A DNA stretch of 64,000 nt from NCBI RefSeq assembly GCF_001194135.2, contig NC_068990.1, forward strand, positions 38,300,263-38,364,262, written 5' to 3'. The translations under genes and the position numbers were made by a program. Positions 1-14,750 of this stretch are shown here, piece after piece. The notes beneath the pieces are model-generated. The model ran no database searches. It was not told where the DNA came from and saw only the letters and a program-made list of their open reading frames with translations. The DNA comes from Octopus bimaculoides (lineage: Eukaryota). Position 1 is the first letter of the stretch, and each line of letters opens with the position of its first letter.

Positions 1-11
1 TATATATATAT

Positions 12-56
<45 letters not shown>
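1..56. repeat. (TA)n microsatellite
   Basis: Near-perfect TA dinucleotide run read directly. Confidence 0.95.
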
Positions 57-57
<1 letters not shown>

Positions 58-230
58 GAGGCGGATGTCTGTGGACGTTCGTTCATATGTGTGCCTATGG
101 AACTTTTTCTACCGTAAAGTTTTAAGACGCTGATGAAGACTTAAAGACTTAATGCACTGTTTACTATTCCTGAAAGTGGGATGGATTCTTGAAGCCTGCA
201 ACGACATAATCATAAATCTTGTCAGTCTGT

Positions 231-379
231 TTATCTATCTATCTATCTATCTATCTGTCTGTCTGTCTGTCTGTCTGTCGGTCGGTATGTATATCTATCA
301 GCCTGTCTTTCTGTCTTTCTGTCTGTCTGTCCATCCATCCATTCATTAATCCCTGTATCTATCTGTCTATCTATCTATA

Positions 380-428
<49 letters not shown>

Positions 429-457
429 GTCTGTGTGTGTGTCTGTCTGTCTGTCTA
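231..457. repeat. Compound (ATCT)n/(GTCT)n tetranucleotide microsatellite
   Basis: Alternating tatc/tgtc runs; explains ORFs 152..349 and 219..551. Confidence 0.9.
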
Positions 458-1324
458 TCTCGCTGTATGGATATACATGTATCCGTACTTACTTGTGTTA
501 TACCACTCAAACACGTGCAGTATGTACAAGTCTATTTTGTATCTGGTATAGATGGACACGAAATCTAAAAATATGCCTGATTTGAATGTCATTGGAACGC
601 CTAAGTGTCTAAGTGTCGACACAAGTAAATGATTTTTAAGACTCCGTACCGCTATCGAAAGAGGATTGAAAGACATTAACAACTTCACCTAATATACATG
701 GATAAAACGATCAGACAATGATCCAATGTTATATATATATATCTTCAATATTTTTCCATGCCAAATATTAACTATCTCTTCTGCTAATTTCTCTTTGTCT
801 TCTTTTAATTAAAAACAACCTCATTACATCTAAATATAATAATAAGATATTTAACATAGACTAGGTTCCACAGATTTTGGAATATATGTTGATTCGCCAC
901 TCAGTTTCTTACATATTGTTACAAAGAATTCCACATAAATATAATTTGAATTCAAATAATCTCATTAGAAATGTTTTGGCATTTCTATAGAATGATACAT
1001 GCTGACATTTATAGTGAATGATAAATAATGACGCAAAAATATTTTTCGTTAACATAGGATTAAAAGAAAGCGGCCAAATGTTTTTATAACCAAGCATAAC
1101 TTATACACTATTAAGAGCTCCAGTATTGGGAAGGAGAAATACTGATTCCGAGTTCTGACACTCCGAGAACTTATGTTTATGTATGCCGGCATACTTGATG
1201 GTGGTTACTCGTAGTGCGAGAAAGACGGTTCTGCAATGTTTTTGCTGAACAAATCTGCACAATTTATTTGTTTATCGTGATCAAATGTATTTGCTCTACA
1301 TTATCTCGCTCCCTCCATCAAATC

Positions 1325-1516
1325 GACGTTATCTGAACAGTACCACATGTCCGAGTACCACATGTCAGGTGTTAAAAAGATGGCACAGCAACGTGAGATG
1401 AAATGTTCTACTCAAGAACACAACGCACCCTGCAGTACAACGACCCTGTCCAGTAATTGAGACTACGATCTTGCAATCGTGAGTGCCATACTCTAACCGA
1501 TAGGTCATGCATCCTC
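1325..1516 (-). mobile_element. Decayed tRNA-headed SINE (same head/core family as 31169-31436)
   Basis: Reverse complement reads ggttagagt...cacgattgcaagatcgtagtctcaatt...gcgttgtgttcttgagtagaacatttcatctcacgttgct, matching the head and core of the 31169 copy. Confidence 0.65.
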
Positions 1517-3507
1517 ACACATACTCATATATATATGTATATATATTTGTATATGTGTGAGTCTATGAACATAAAAATACATAGAAACATGTATGTATGC
1601 ATTGCAAAATGCACATATATATATATATATATATATATANNNNNNNNNNNNNNNNNNNNNNNNNNNNNNNNNNNNNNNNNNNNNNNNNNNNNNNNNNNNN
1701 NNNNNNNNNNNNNNNNNNNNNNNNNNNNNNNNNNNNNNNNNNNNNNNNNNNNNNNNNNNNNNNNNNNNNNNNNNNNNNNNNNNNNNNNNNNNNNNNNNNN
1801 NNNNNNNNNNNNNNNNNNNNNNNNNNNNNNNNNNNNNNNNNNNNNNNNNNNNNNNNNNNNNNNNNNNNNNNNNNNNNNNNNNNNNNNNNNNNNNNNNNNN
1901 NNNNNNNNNNNNNNNNNNNNNNNNNNNNNNNNNNNNNNNNNNNNNNNNNNNNNNNNNNNNNNNNNNNNNNNNNNNNNNNNNNNNNNNNNNNNNNNNNNNN
2001 NNNNNNNNNNNNNNNNNNNNNNNNNNNNNNNNNNNNNNNNNNNNNNNNNNNNNNNNNNNNNNNNNNNNNNNNNNNNNNNNNNNNNNNNNNNNNNNNNNNN
2101 NNNNNNNNNNNNNNNNNNNNNNNNNNNNNNNNNNNNNNNNNNNNNNNNNNNNNNNNNNNNNNNNNNNNNNNNNNNNNNNNNNNNNNNNNNNNNNNNNNNN
2201 NNNNNNNNNNNNNNNNNNNNNNNNNNNNNNNNNNNNNNNNNNNNNNNNNNNNNNNNNNNNNNNNNNNNNNNNNNNNNNNNNNNNNNNNNNNNNNNNNNNN
2301 NNNNNNNNNNNNNNNNNNNNNNNNNNNNNNNNNNNNNNNNNNNNNNNNNNNNNNNNNNNNNNNNNNNTATATATGTATATGTATATATGTATGTATGTAT
2401 ATGTATATACATATAGAGATGCATGCATGTGCGAGTTTTTGCTTGTTTCTCTTATGCTTGTGAGTGTACGTGTGGTAATGTTCGGTGGTGATAACGTGTA
2501 TGTTTTATTCGTATATACTTATTTAAATCTATAAGGAAACACGCCATTCTAATGTTGTATCTTGCTTAAGTATATATTAGAAGAATAGAAGCAGAAACAA
2601 CAGATATTTGTTGTAGGATCTAATATACGTTTCCACAACCCCACAGCAACCAATGCCATACCACACACAAAAGCCCTATTGTTTTCCTATACAAAGTTTA
2701 AAATATAGCTATACGATTAAATAAACGACTTAAAATATTTCAATGATTTCTCGTAGATTCATTGAAGCCCTATTAAGATGGAGTCATTTATTTAGTTTGC
2801 TTTAAGAAATAGAAGAAACAGCTGTTTGAACAAATGGATCGCAATTCCATTGCTTGATTTCGATACACCAGTTTTATTGTGTCTGTGATAAAGAAATTTA
2901 TGGTATATTTGCCGTATTGTCATTTCAATCGATTCGTAGTTAAAGTGTATGAAAACACTCACACACACACACACACACACAACCGCGCGCACGAACGCAC
3001 ACTCACAGCCAAACAACCAGACAAGTACAGATGCACACAAACGCTTATATTATATTATATTAAAATATATTATATATTATATATTATATATCTATTCATA
3101 TATATATGTGTATGTGTGTGTGTGTGTGTGTGTGTGTACATATGCGTATGCATATATATATATATAAATTTATTCGCTTATATATTTACACACAAATATA
3201 TACACAAACATAGTTTGAAGATTGTGCTAATATGAAATGTAAATGCGTTGCCATGGGTACATTGTTTACAGAAACGTAAACAACTATCGTGTATGCAGTA
3301 TGCTACCAACGATGAGAATCACAAACATGGGAAATATTTATATTCTATATATTAGTGTGCAAATTCTAAAATATAGTCTTCTTAAACATGCATACATACA
3401 CACACATACATACGTACACATATACATACACATATATATACCTACTTCTATATATATACAAACATGCATGCTTGCATGCATACATGCGTAGATAAATACA
3501 CAGAAAC

Positions 3508-3508
<1 letters not shown>

Positions 3509-3603
<95 letters not shown>

Positions 3604-3630
3604 AGATAGATAGATATATAGATAGATAGA
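3509..3630. repeat. (TA)n-(GA)n-(GATA)n compound microsatellite
   Basis: Read directly. Confidence 0.9.
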
Positions 3631-4719
3631 TAATGTGTGTTTGTACCCCTATACATTAGTCTGTGTGTTACAGTTTCATAGATATAAGGAAAACATTTTT
3701 GTTGAAGCATGCCTGAAAATAGTAATACGCTGTCTTGGAATGAACAAACATACTGCATTATCCCCTTATTGGAATTGGTCACATCAATAGAATACTGGAT
3801 TCAATATAAATTATGATTTAGAAAGCAGATGGTTGAGTTGATTCAAGCAAGAGCGAATACAACTTAAAACCACAACCAACAATATTATACAAATAAATGA
3901 TACAAAGGACAATGGGAAATACAGCATTCACTATTTAGTTTCATTTTTCTAAGATTACAATTATAATGCTGCACAGATTTGCAATGCATTCATGATAACT
4001 CTATTTGGATGGACGAACTTTAGACAAAATAAAAATAGATAACTAAATAAATCATAGCATTACCTTATGAGCTTTTCTTCAGATACAAATAAACAGACAT
4101 AACCAAATTACAAAGGGCACATTTACACACTAACTTAAGTGTGTATATGTATGTATGAACGTATATATGTATATATATATATATATATACACACACATAT
4201 ATATACATATATATGTATATATATATACATATATATACATACATATACNNNNNNNNNNNNNNNNNNNNNNNNNNNNNNNNNNNNNNNNNNNNNNNNNNNN
4301 NNNNNNNNNNNNNNNNNNNNNNNNNNNNNNNNNNNNNNNNNNNNNNNNNNNNNNNNNNNNNNNNNNNNNNNNNNNNNNNNNNNNNNNNNNNNNNNNNNNN
4401 NNNNNNNNNNNNNNNNNNNNNNNNNNNNNNNNNNNNNNNNNNNNNNNNNNNNNNNNNNNNNNNNNNNNNNNNNNNNNNNNNNNNNNNNNNNNNNNNNNNN
4501 NNNNNNNNNNNNNNNNNNNNNNNNNNNNNNNNNNNNNNNNNNNNNNNNNNNNNNNNNNNNNNNNNNNNNNNNNNNNNNNNNNNNNNNNNNNNNNNNNNNN
4601 NNNNNNNNNNNNNNNNNNNNNNNNNNNNNNNNNNNNNNNNNNNNNNNNNNNNNNNNNNNNNNNNNNNNNNNNNNNNNNNNNNNNNNNNNNNNNNNNNNNN
4701 NNNNNNNNNNNNNNTATAT

Positions 4720-4750
<31 letters not shown>

Positions 4751-4875
4751 TACACATAGCTGTAAGTAGAGATAAAAGGACATAGACACAAGCACACACA
4801 TGTATACGTATACTGGTGCACTTGCGTCTTTGCAGGTGTGTTTGCATCTTACATATCAAGGCCGTTTTATATATG

Positions 4876-4909
<34 letters not shown>

Positions 4910-5399
4910 TACACACACATATATATACATATATATGTATATATATATACATATATATACATACATATACAATATACACGTACACACACACACACATATA
5001 TGTGTATGTTTGTATATATGTATGTATAGATATAAGTGTGTATGTGTATATGCGTGAGTGTGTAGAAACACAATTGCTTATAAATATACGTAATACATGT
5101 ATAAAAGTTTGAGTGAGTGAATGTATATGTCTGTATATACATTCATGGATGCACATACTAACATACACACGCGCGCGCGCATGCGCACATACATATATAC
5201 ATATCGATAGAGAGAAGAATAGTGAAATAGTGAAATAACTAATGAGGCGGTATTTTAATGTCTAGTTACTATAAATTAGTACAGCAACGTAGACAGAGCA
5301 GACATTGTTTCACGGATACATACACTCGCACAGATGTACACAAAGAAAATAAAGCATATAGACACATGCATGTATACATGCACACATGTATGTATTTAT

Positions 5400-5465
<66 letters not shown>

Positions 5466-5531
5466 ATATATATATAGATAGATAGATATAGATATATGTG
5501 TGTGTGAGCGTATGTGTATATACATATTTGC

Positions 5532-5565
<34 letters not shown>

Positions 5566-6231
5566 CTTGCTTAATAAATACATATATACACACATCTATA
5601 GATAGTTATATTCATAATACATATATCATAAACATAGAGTCGTCTACAATCTTTTATTATATTTTTGTCTTATTCTTTTTCGAGATCATTTTGGTTCTTT
5701 AGAAAATTATGAAAGTATTGTAAAAAAAAAAAAAAGATAAAAAGCCTGTATTTCCTCTATTTTCTCCTAACATTTCTATTGACAATGTCCAATCTGTTAC
5801 TCTAAATGGTATCTTATATTAGTATGTCGGCTGAAATAGATGAAAAGAAATGAATAATAGAGGGTTTAAGAAAGATATTTCTTTAGCTGAAATAATTGAC
5901 TTCGTTGTCCAGTGAGGAATTGAGTGTAATAGTGGTGCTAAATGGACAATTTCTATCCAGTGAATGCTTGGTAGATGGCTGGCTGTGGAAGGAGATAGAG
6001 GAAAAGTGGAATTTTTTTATTTGTGTGTGTGTGTATATATGTGTATGTATTTGGAGGAATACGATGTCTCGTTTTCTGTAACCAGATCTGTAGATGGGGA
6101 GTGCACACTAAAACAGACAGGTGCTTTCGTGTATGATACTTTTTTAGCATTGTTGTTTTTCTTTATACTTATGAGTGATATGTTTAATAAGTAGTTTTGT
6201 GTATGCATGCATATGATTATCTGCAAGCGTC

Positions 6232-6354
<123 letters not shown>

Positions 6355-6579
6355 ATATACATATCCGTGTGTGCATGTGTGTGCGTGTTTGCGTGTTTTT
6401 CAATATATACGCTTTTTTCAAAGTTTCTGATATACTTTTGTGCACAAAACATACCATCATTTTTTATATGAAATATATGCATACATAAAATACAACAATA
6501 TACTATTCTCGTATCAATCTCTTTACACACACACATACACACATATATATGTATATATACATACAAACACACACAAACA

Positions 6580-6630
<51 letters not shown>

Positions 6631-6944
6631 GTTTATATACATACATTTACAGGCAGACGCAGAGAATGAGTTTTACATTTTCATATGAATTATGTATCCA
6701 TATATTTCACACCATAAAAGAGTTACTATGTGCACAAAAGTAAATCATATACTTAGAATAAATCTATATATTAAAACACACGAAGCAAACATACACACAC
6801 AAACAAACACCCAAACACACAAAAATGTACATATACACCCATACACTCATACACATACACACACACAAATACACACACATATATATATATCGATACATAT
6901 GTGTGTCTGTCTTTTATCTGGAAAACCTTCACGATCGTTATTAT

Positions 6945-6975
6945 CACCATCAGCATTATCACCAATTCCTTCATT

Positions 6976-7013
<38 letters not shown>

Positions 7014-7047
7014 GAACATCATCATCATGAACATCATCGTCATCATC
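6945..7047. repeat. (CAT)n trinucleotide array
   Basis: Read directly. Confidence 0.9.
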
Positions 7048-7504
7048 TGCTTCACGAACATACGATCCGATTAAAGAGTTCCTTGAATGTTCAATGTGAC
7101 AACTAACATCTCCATGCAGCCACAAGCAAATCACAACTGTCGTATACCTATATAAGTTAAACAATACAATTTTTGGATATTGAAATAATATAACGAATAA
7201 CAAATTATAAATCCTAGGACCAGGTGCATCGATAGCTTAGTATACGCTTCGGAGCATTTGCATACGTGTTGTAAAATGGAAAAACAAATGAAACTAAATT
7301 ATATTACGTACCTTGTGACAACATGCAATATAATACGCTATAAATATTGGTCTAATAAGCACTATAATATTTTGCCCTTCTTCTAAGTATGAACACATTA
7401 ATGTCTTCCAGACCTTGGGACAAAATATTCTATAAGTTGTAAATCGTGTGCCAGTCTATAGCCATAACCCGTCATTCTATATTTGACAATCTTTCATATG
7501 CTTC

Positions 7505-7535
7505 ATTATTATTATTATTGTTGTTGTTGTTTTTG

Positions 7536-7587
<52 letters not shown>

Positions 7588-7628
7588 AATAGCAAAGTAA
7601 ATAATGATCATCATCATCATCGTCATCA
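7505..7628. repeat. (ATT)(GTT)(GTA)n then (CAT)n trinucleotide arrays
   Basis: Read directly. Confidence 0.85.
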
Positions 7629-8576
7629 ACTTATTTCCCAGTTTTCTTCGTATCAGCGTTATATATATTTGGTGCCTATCCTAGAGCCAAAAAAAAAAGG
7701 AAAAAAAAATGCTTCATTTTGCTTTGTTTTAGTTTTGTAATTATTTGTAATATTTGTTTTTTTTTTCTTCTATTTTACACTGGATATGTTTCTATTATAT
7801 ATTTTCTTACAATATTCTGGTTGTAGACGACTTTTGCAGCTCAGGGTCTAGAGGTAAAACAACCTTCTATATTAGCTTTTTGCTAGTGTATTCAAAACAA
7901 TGGTCTTTTCCTTGCTTTTCTAGCTCGTCTTGTAAAATCTCTAAAATTCCGTTTCAGAATAATATGTAAATATATCTTTTTAGTGGAACAGCTAGGGTAG
8001 TGATATCTAACTTGGTATTTAGGTCTGTTTTAATTATTACTCTAATGTATGTATAATATTCGATCTTAACTTTTACTAACAATTGTATACGTTACATACT
8101 AATTCATTAATTCATTAATAAGAATTAATAAGTCCCTCATTGAACTATTTCTCTCTTCGCAGTTTCTCCAACTAAGATGATGAAACACAATTTTATTTGG
8201 GATAACTTTAATATCTTCAAAATGGCCTTGGCACATTTTATTTCCAAACCAAATAACATCACTGTTTTCCATAGAATTCGTGTTCCATAAAAGTAAGAAT
8301 TTCAAGTATCTTTTAGTCTTGTCTCAACCTGATCTCATCCATATATAGATGGTTGATTTTAGAGAGCAAAGAGGGAGAAGGGGTGTCCCCCTTCCTATTC
8401 ACCACTTATTTATTTATTTATTTTGTCATTTATCATTGTATTGGAATGGGTTTAAGGATGGTGACCTCTTCAAAAAGAAAAAGAAAAACAGGTGCGGTTT
8501 GCTCATCACTGAAAGTCCTTTTGCTTTCTTTCTCTCTTCTCCTTTCCTTCTTTTTTCCCTTTTCTTTCTTTTTGTC

Positions 8577-8697
8577 CTCTTTGAGTTATATTTAGAATGC
8601 AAAATGTTCTGTCTCCCCTTTTCTTCCAAACATTCAATTTTGGAGAGAATGTTTTGATGAAATGTTGTTCTGCATGAAATCATTAGTATAATATTTG
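8577..8697 (-). repeat. Duplicate of the Penelope-like element 3' end (copy 3)
   Basis: tttgagttatatttagaat...cattcaattttggagagaat...gatgaaatg matches 9180-9266; minus strand encodes EQHFIKTFSPKLNV, like the ORF end EMHFIKKFSPKLNV. Confidence 0.8.
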
Positions 8698-8861
8698 CAA
8701 ATTCGCAATTTAAAAAATAAATAAATAAAATAAAATAAAATACATGTATGTATGTATATATGCAGGGCTAGAACATTCCAATGCTACACATATATATATC
8801 TGAACATTTGTAGAGATGAGCCACATTTGGAATAAAAAATGCAAATTATCCACTTTACCTT

Positions 8862-8930
8862 CAAACATTCAATTTTGGAGAGAATGTTTTGATGAAATGT
8901 TGTTCTGCATGAAATCATTAGTATAATATT
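8862..8930 (-). repeat. Duplicate of the Penelope-like 3' end (copy 2, abuts a 10-N gap)
   Basis: Identical by eye to 8627-8695 (caaacattcaattttggagag...agtataatatt); may be an assembly overlap. Confidence 0.6.
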
Positions 8931-9229
8931 NNNNNNNNNNGGGGGGGGGCTGCATGTGTGTGTGAGTGCGTGTGTGTGTGCGTGTGTGTATGTATGTTTG
9001 GGGACATGTATATGTTTATACTGTGTAACTGCGATCACGCCTCTTTCAATTTCATGTTTTTGCATTAGAGAACATTAGTATAACACTTACAAAATAGAGA
9101 AACACGCAAAGCTCAGAACATCTTCATATCCCACATATACACCGGAATATTTACAGAGTTGAGTATTGTGTTTCCGATATTTGAGTTATATTTAGAATAC
9201 AATATGTACTGTCTCCGCTTTTCTTTCGA

Positions 9230-9625
9230 ACATTCAATTTTGGAGAGAATTTTTTGATGAAATGCATTTCAGTTGCTTTTAGGTATTGCAGATCGTCCCG
9301 TGCACATCTCTAAAAGGGAAAAATTTTGAATTTTCCGTCGCTGCGTATTTCCAGATTCTTACTTAATGGAATCTTGCGTAATTGCTTTTGTCGGATATGT
9401 TGCCTGTGGATTCGTGCACGTTGACAGAGGGTATTATTTGTTTCGCCAATATAATTCTCTTTGAAGTTTGGGCAGGTAATGCAGTATATGAGGCTTTGTG
9501 TTTTGCAGTTCATATCTGCATTTATTTTGAAAAGGGATCCGCTCTTGAATTTTATATGGGAACCACTTTTTAAGTATTTGAAGTTGATGTTGTTGCATGT
9601 TCCTCATCTCCGACCTCCACATACT
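9230..9625 (-). mobile_element. Penelope-like retroelement (PLE) fossil: Cys/His linker plus GIY-YIG endonuclease, with in-frame stops
   Basis: One frame reads KVCGGRR*GTC...INADMNCKTQSLIYCITCPNFKENYIGETNNTLCQRARIHRQHI...KFKIFPF*RCARDDLQYLKATEMHFIKKFSPKLN. It shows the LIY...YIG motifs, conserved R/H, the C-terminal E...P.LN motif and an upstream CxxRCxxC cluster typical of PLE GIY-YIG domains. Confidence 0.88.
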
Positions 9626-10299
9626 TTTACTAAGAATTCTGACGACATTTTTCCTCAATATTCAATTGCAGTACAGCCCACCTAACACTTTGCATATGTG
9701 TATATATANNNNNNNNNNNNNNNNNNNNNNNNNNNNNNNNNNNNNNNNNNNNNNNNNNNNNNNNNNNNNNNNNNNNNNNNNNNNNNNNNNNNNNNNNNNN
9801 NNNNNNNNNNNNNNNNNNNNNNNNNNNNNNNNNNNNNNNNNNNNNNNNNNNNNNNNNNNNNNNNNNNNNNNNNNNNNNNNNNNNNNNNNNNNNTATATAT
9901 ATATATATATATATGCACATGTATATATGTGTGTGTATGTACATGTGTGCGTACGTTTATACACGCGCACATGTACATAGCGCACACATATATAAATGAA
10001 CGCATAAAGTATAGAAAAGAAACATTTCTACAAAAGAAGCAACACATTTGGGAACAACACCAGCAACAACATCAGTTCACAAGCACAGACTTTGTTAAAC
10101 GAAATTGTGTTGAACACTAACAATGATCCCTTATACTCCAAAATTATTTCCAACCAGAAAAGTTAGATTCTGACATGTGTTGCTAAACGACATAAATCTT
10201 CAAAAATTTCCGTTCAGAAGAAGCGCGTTAGCCTCAGGTAATCTATCGCAGGTTTCAGAAAGAATATATATGTAACATACATGTGACTGGTTTGAGCCA

Positions 10300-10422
10300 G
10301 ATCGATCACAAATTATAAGGCAAAGTCGACCTTGGAAGCCTTTCAACTGAGAATGTAAAGTTAGAAGAAATGCCGCTAAGCATTTTGTCCGGCGTTACTA
10401 GAAATTCTGCCAGCTCGCTGCT
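10300..10422 (-). mobile_element. Decayed fragment of the ggcggcgagctggcaga-headed SINE family
   Basis: aggcaaagtcgacctt...gccgctaagcattttgtccggcgt...ttctgccagctcgc matches the 37682-37895 monomer. Confidence 0.6.
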
Positions 10423-10558
10423 CTCACTGCTCTCGGTATAATGAGAGATAGCAGTAAAAGAATGATAGTATAAAAGAATGATAGAAAAGAGATCCATAGA
10501 TTCCTTCAGTTGATGAATATATTCTTTCTAGGTTATCTTTCATACACACGCACGCACA

Positions 10559-10592
<34 letters not shown>

Positions 10593-13500
10593 CTCATTTT
10601 CTCGTTCTCTCTCTCTTTCTCTCTCCCCCTCTCTCTCTCTTTAAGTTCAAGTTTGAAGCAAAAGTATTTTTTATAGCAAATGTAAATGTGTCCCCACGAC
10701 ATATCTAAAAATTAGGAATTTCGCACGTTATTATATTAAACTAGAAAGTGTTCCAAATAATTTAAATGAGCAATACACCGTTAACAACATTAAATCAACC
10801 CATGCATTAAAAAATATTCCGATGGCACCATTTTAGATTTGTAAAAATAGCTTTAATGTCATTAGATCCGACCTTAATAGAAAATATGTACATATTTTAT
10901 CGACATCTGTGATCAAATTGAAATTCACACACTCCCCACCAAATGAATATTACATCATGTTTAAACACAAATACACTCACATGCCACACACACACATTCA
11001 CACACATACATTCACACACATACAAGCATACATTCATACATACACACACACATACATACATACAAACATACATACATACATATACACGTAGGTACGTACA
11101 TAATACAGGAATTTAACTAAGAATTATGTTCAGAGCAAAACTAGGTGTGTTATATTTTAATAAGGAAGACTTGCAAATTATTTACAATAATGTGATTTGC
11201 AAGATACATACATTCAAATAAGTTAAGTTATTAGCGACTAAATCATTTTGAGCAGTTTTTGTGGTAATATATTTGAGTCTATGAGTACTAAATTTTAGAT
11301 TTGTCATGAACTGTTTGACGAACATGAGGGGTATTTATTCAAACTTTTACTGAAAACTATCTAAAGACACAGGGGCATATTCACTCTGGATGGATAGGTT
11401 TAGAAGTAAGTAACTGTAAATTTTGTGGTTATAGTGTTATAGTGTTAAATTTTGTGGCTATAGTGAATGTGATGGTAGTGGTTCTGGTAGCAGCAATGAT
11501 TGAAACTGATTGTAGAATTTTGGTCCTACATGCTTAGAGGAACGATAAGTAATAACTTTCAAGTTTACTCTTAGTATAAAGAAACATCACCGCCACCACT
11601 GGACACTGTTAGGTTGCAAAGAACAAAGAGCGATTTTGGTGAAGGGACTTGCTATGTTGAATATAAAGAATGCGAGATGAAAATCTCAATATACATTATA
11701 ACAAGTATTATTATGAATTTAGGAAAGAAATTATAATTACCATTGATACTATTAGTGTTGTAATTTTGCCTCTATTATGATTAGCAATACCAAATCATCA
11801 TCATCGTGGTCACCACCAGCACCACTACCACCACCACGGCCACCAGCACCACCATCATCATTATCATCATCATCATTATTATTATTACAAGAAGTAATGA
11901 TAGTGGTGGTCGCAGTGGTAGTAGTGATGTTATTGTCATTGTTATAAATATTTGTTATATTGTGTATAAATGTGACAGAGGGGAAGTGAGCAGATCAATA
12001 ATTATATTCCCTATTGTTCAAAAATAAATTTTATCTTCTTTTCATATTTAAAACCGAAATAACACCCATACTCACTAAGACATAAACGGACGCCCACACT
12101 TAAACACACATGTACTCACACGCACATACACAAACACACACACATACACGAACACACACACACACACTTATATATATATATATATATATATATACATGTG
12201 TATGTGCCTGTACGAGAGTGGATGCGCATATATATATATGCACATATATAAATAAACACACATACGTATGCATACAAACACACACATATATACCCATATA
12301 CACATACGTACATTTTGGCAAAAAATAAACATCATACGGAAAATCAACAGCTAAAAAATACGTTCATACAAATCAATAATGAAAAACAAATAAGGGTATA
12401 CATTGACACACACACACGCACACACACACACACACACGTACGCACACACACACACATTCACACACATATACACATACACATACACACACACTCTAAGATA
12501 ACCTAATAGACAAATCATACATTAGAAACACACACAAACACACATGCACCAACCTACACATAAACGTACAAAATATACACAGAAATTAATAACAATAAAA
12601 AAAAAAAATCTAAATGAATTGAAATAACCATTCAAATAATTTCCCAATCTATTGTTTCGTTGTAATCCAGACAAAAATTATGATTGACCCCTGAAATAAA
12701 TTGTTCTATTACTGTCAAATCTTCAAAGCCCAATTGAAAAAAAGTAAAAAATATTTATATATAAACACACAATATTCATAAACAAAATGAAATAATATAA
12801 GCCGAAATAAAAAGCAATAAAAATTAAACCCCCCACCAAAATAAAACAAAATTAACCACACCATAAATAGAATGAAATAAAATAAAATTGATTTTTGTGG
12901 TTTGTATATTTTGTCTTTTGTCATCCTTCTCTCTCTCCCTCTCTCTCTCTCTCGATCTCTTTCCCGCCATCGCTGTCTCTCTCCATTTTCTCTCTAACTC
13001 ACTCTCTCTTACTCGCTTGCCTTATCAAAATTTCCGGTAACTTTGTTATAGCAAACATTATTTCAATGCTATATCTGTTGCCCATTATATCTGACTACAT
13101 TTATCAAAACTGAAAAAAATAATACAATGTGGCTTTGTGTTGTAGATTTTTTAAAATATTCATGGTAAAATATGAATTGCCCATTTTAAAATTGTATTTA
13201 TATATGAATATATAAATATATATGTATGGGGCGTGTATATGTGTGTGATTCAGCGTGTATATGTGCGTGCGTAGGTGTATTGGTGTAAGCATATATTCAT
13301 ATGTATATTAATATCATTAGATTCGTTTAATGTGTAACCACATTTGGAAAAAAAAAGTCAAAGTGTTTTTTTTTTTGTTACTCATTTATATCGCTCTTCA
13401 GTTTTATTTTTAAAAAGTGTATATAAATACAGACAAGCTTAAATGTAAGTCTCTCTCTGGCTCTCTGTGTGTGTATGTGTTTGTGTGGTTACGCATTCCT

Positions 13501-14337
13501 GTTCTTGTATTTCTGGTTAAAATATCTGAAATGTTTGAGTAAATATCAACAGTATGTGAAATTATATTTGAATGTAAAAAATAAATAAGCAACCTATTAT
13601 TTATTTATTCAAACAATGCTATATTTTTGGAAGATAAAAAAATTATCTGTGCGTACGTATATACATATGTGCGTATGAATGTGAGCGTAAACATACATGA
13701 ATTATTAGCATATATGTATGTAAATATATACAGTATATATGAACAACGGTATTTGAATGTGAGTGTGCATACATTTAGTATACTTTTAGGACGAAGATAA
13801 TGCCCGATTTATACATTTTTTTTTGTGTTGTAGTACATCGTAGCCGGGTTGTGGCAGCGGTGCGAAGACATGATTCATGGAAAAACCACAATATTCAGGA
13901 TATTGAATATTCCACAGACTATAGAATTGATCCAAATGCATGAGACTGCCTTTCGCTAAAAGACTAGAAAGGCAAGCTGATATTAAGGGTATGATTTACT
14001 TATATACTCGAATCCGTACATGCACACAACACAGCATGAATACACACACATCACCTCCCCCCACACACACATACACAGGGTAAATTCCAGGCTGCTTGTT
14101 CATTTTTTTTTTTCAAGAGGTGATTCATCTTCCCACCCTACCATGAGAAAAAAAATTGTAGTAATTCATATATTTGTCTCAATATATGGACCAGAGATAT
14201 ACGACGGTGACAATCTTGGAGACTGTTAATGATTTTGATCCTTGGCTCGTTAATTTTACATCGTAATGTAGACCAACTTTTACGGTAGAGGTTACGGGAA
14301 GCTATAGTTGGTCAAGAGTGACCAAGTAAGATTTGCA

Positions 14338-14750
14338 CAAGGCCCGCAATTTTGGGGGAGGGGACCAGTCGATTACATCGACCCCAGTACGCAACTGATC
14401 CTCAATGTATCGACCCCGAAAGGATGAAAGGCCAAGTTGAACTCGGCGGAATTTGAACCCAGAAAGTAAAAACAGACGAAATAGCGCTACGCATTTCGCC
14501 CGGCGTGCTCACGTTCCTTATTTCTTTATTGCCCACAAGGGGCTAAACATAGAGAGGACAAAGAAGGACAGAGAAAGGGATTAAGTCGATTACATCGACT
14601 CCAGTGCGTAACTGGTACTTAATTTATCGAACCCAAAATGATGAGAGTCAAAGTCGGCCTCGGCGGAATTTGATCTCAGAAAGTAAAGACAGACGAAATA
14701 CCACTACGAATTTCAACCGGCATGCTCATGTTTCTGCCAGCTCACCGCCT
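14338..14750 (-). mobile_element. Dimeric tRNA-headed SINE flanked by an 11-bp target-site duplication
   Basis: Two tandem monomers, each with the gagttcaaattccgccgag B-box-like motif and the gcctttcatcctttcggggtcgata central domain; junction near 14515. TAAGATTTGCA lies at 14327-14337 and 14751-14761. Confidence 0.88.

Noticed and set aside
57-175. gacgCTGATGAagac resembling a hammerhead start, and a tacgag start after (TA)n resembling a mariner or DINE terminus
   Set aside because: No stem II closure or GAAA follows, and no partner terminus was found.
455-688. ORF segment LKNHLLVSTLRHLGVP resembling a LINE RT motif
   Set aside because: Too short, with no flanking RT motifs; could be chance.
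1457-2534. Long ORFs in the track (also at 4.1, 17.7, 21, 33.5, 41.5, 45.4, 50 and 58.8 kb)
   Set aside because: They run through N-gaps and YI/HT/CV dinucleotide translations, so they are artefacts.
4160-4970. ~90-bp TA/CA-rich string repeated on both sides of a gap
   Set aside because: Low complexity and gap-adjacent; likely an assembly duplication.
13830-13990. Acceptor-like site followed by YIVAGLWQRC (claudin-like GLW..C)
   Set aside because: The frame stops before any donor and no supporting neighbouring exons were found.
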